DNA of 64,000 bases from positions 41,826-105,825 of IMG/VR virus record IMGVR_UViG_3300032893_000735. One strand, written 5' to 3'. The translations under genes and the position numbers were made by a program. The notes beneath the pieces were generated by a model that saw only the letters and a list, made by a program, of their open reading frames with translations, was not told where the DNA came from and did not search any database. The DNA is from a virus. Shown here in pieces: positions 63,777 to 64,000 of this stretch (positions within the stretch are counted from its first letter, which is position 1; each line of letters starts with the position of its first letter).

Positions 63777-64000
63777 TCAATCGGAGTACAAATCGTAGGC
63801 TTCGACCACCTTCTTAACAACCGGGTGCCTGACCACATCCTTGTCCGTAAAATGGACAACCGCTACTTCTGGGACGTTGCGCTTTAGTCTCTTGGACAAG
63901 TGGGCTCCGTTTGTTAAAGTTTGGTTAATGAGGGTTGTTTTGGGCGACGGTATCACTCTATACAGTATAGGAACCTTGAAATAATCCAACAGGATACTTG
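63777..64000 (-). CDS. phoH: PhoH-like protein, C-terminal fragment
   Basis: VHFTDKDVVRHPVVKKVVEAY is a typical PhoH C-terminus; the upstream part is uncertain. Confidence 0.6.
   Translation of the reverse strand, partial: SILLDYFKVPILYRVIPSPKTTLINQTLTNGAHLSKRLKRNVPEVAVVHFTDKDVVRHPVVKKVVEAYDLYSD

Larger units (their letters stand above)
1343..63857. repeat. Dispersed 15-bp palindrome GTCCA-N5-TGGAC (commonest form GTCCAGAAAATGGAC), about 50 copies
   Basis: Perfect copies start at 4714,5780,7748,11703,17437,21758,21989,22821,25072,26052,26643,27623,31130,33440,41856,47349,47785,48788,49623,51713,52824,57248,58509,59033,60127,62572. One-mismatch copies at 1343,3882,7039,9624,17908,18941,24365,29706,35460,37507,38637,40269,43299,43760,44208,45519,47959,52194,58792,60964,63711,63843. 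Two-mismatch copies at 17595,18517,19349,34319,44798. Confidence 0.97.

Noticed and set aside
1343-63857. Palindrome as a lambda boxB-like RNA hairpin (5-bp stem, GAAAA loop)
   Set aside because: It occurs in both orientations relative to transcription, loop sequences vary, and some sense copies carry mismatches that break RNA pairing. A DNA site fits better, though an RNA role at individual sites is not excluded.
1343-63857. Palindromes as CRISPR repeats or integron attC sites
   Set aside because: Spacing is irregular (hundreds to thousands of bp), the unit is only 15 bp, many copies are intragenic, and there are no attC R/L boxes or cas operon.
1-64000. Host assignment
   Set aside because: No host DNA or marker gene is in the window, so no host can be supported from the sequence alone.

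Overview
This window is part of a large tailed dsDNA phage (or prophage) genome with two divergently transcribed arms. The left arm (1 to ~16.7 kb, minus strand) carries the terminase large subunit (truncated at the window edge), beta-rich virion or secreted-type proteins, lysis genes, HNH nucleases and an array of 30 tRNA genes with extra structured RNAs. The right arm (~16.9 to 63.7 kb, plus strand) carries small early genes, a tyrosine recombinase, a replisome (PolA, clamp, clamp loader, primase-helicase, split UvrD, SSB, Bet-like recombinase, initiator with iterons), an Adps/Namat-like NAD+ reconstitution pair, an intein-containing C5 methyltransferase with a nested out-of-frame subunit, a QueD plus DpdA-like DNA modification module and an ECF-like sigma factor. 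Two non-coding layers stand out. (1) A 15-bp palindrome, GTCCA-N5-TGGAC, occurs about 50 times (26 perfect copies by manual count), mostly at stop/RBS junctions and promoters but also inside genes. (2) Three self-cleaving ribozyme classes (twister, hammerhead, minimal HDV-like) sit in spacers of the early region, and the twister P1 stem is built from one copy of the palindrome. All calls come from manual reading and motif recognition; no searches or folding programs were run. A few homopolymer or indel anomalies suggest some sequencing error.
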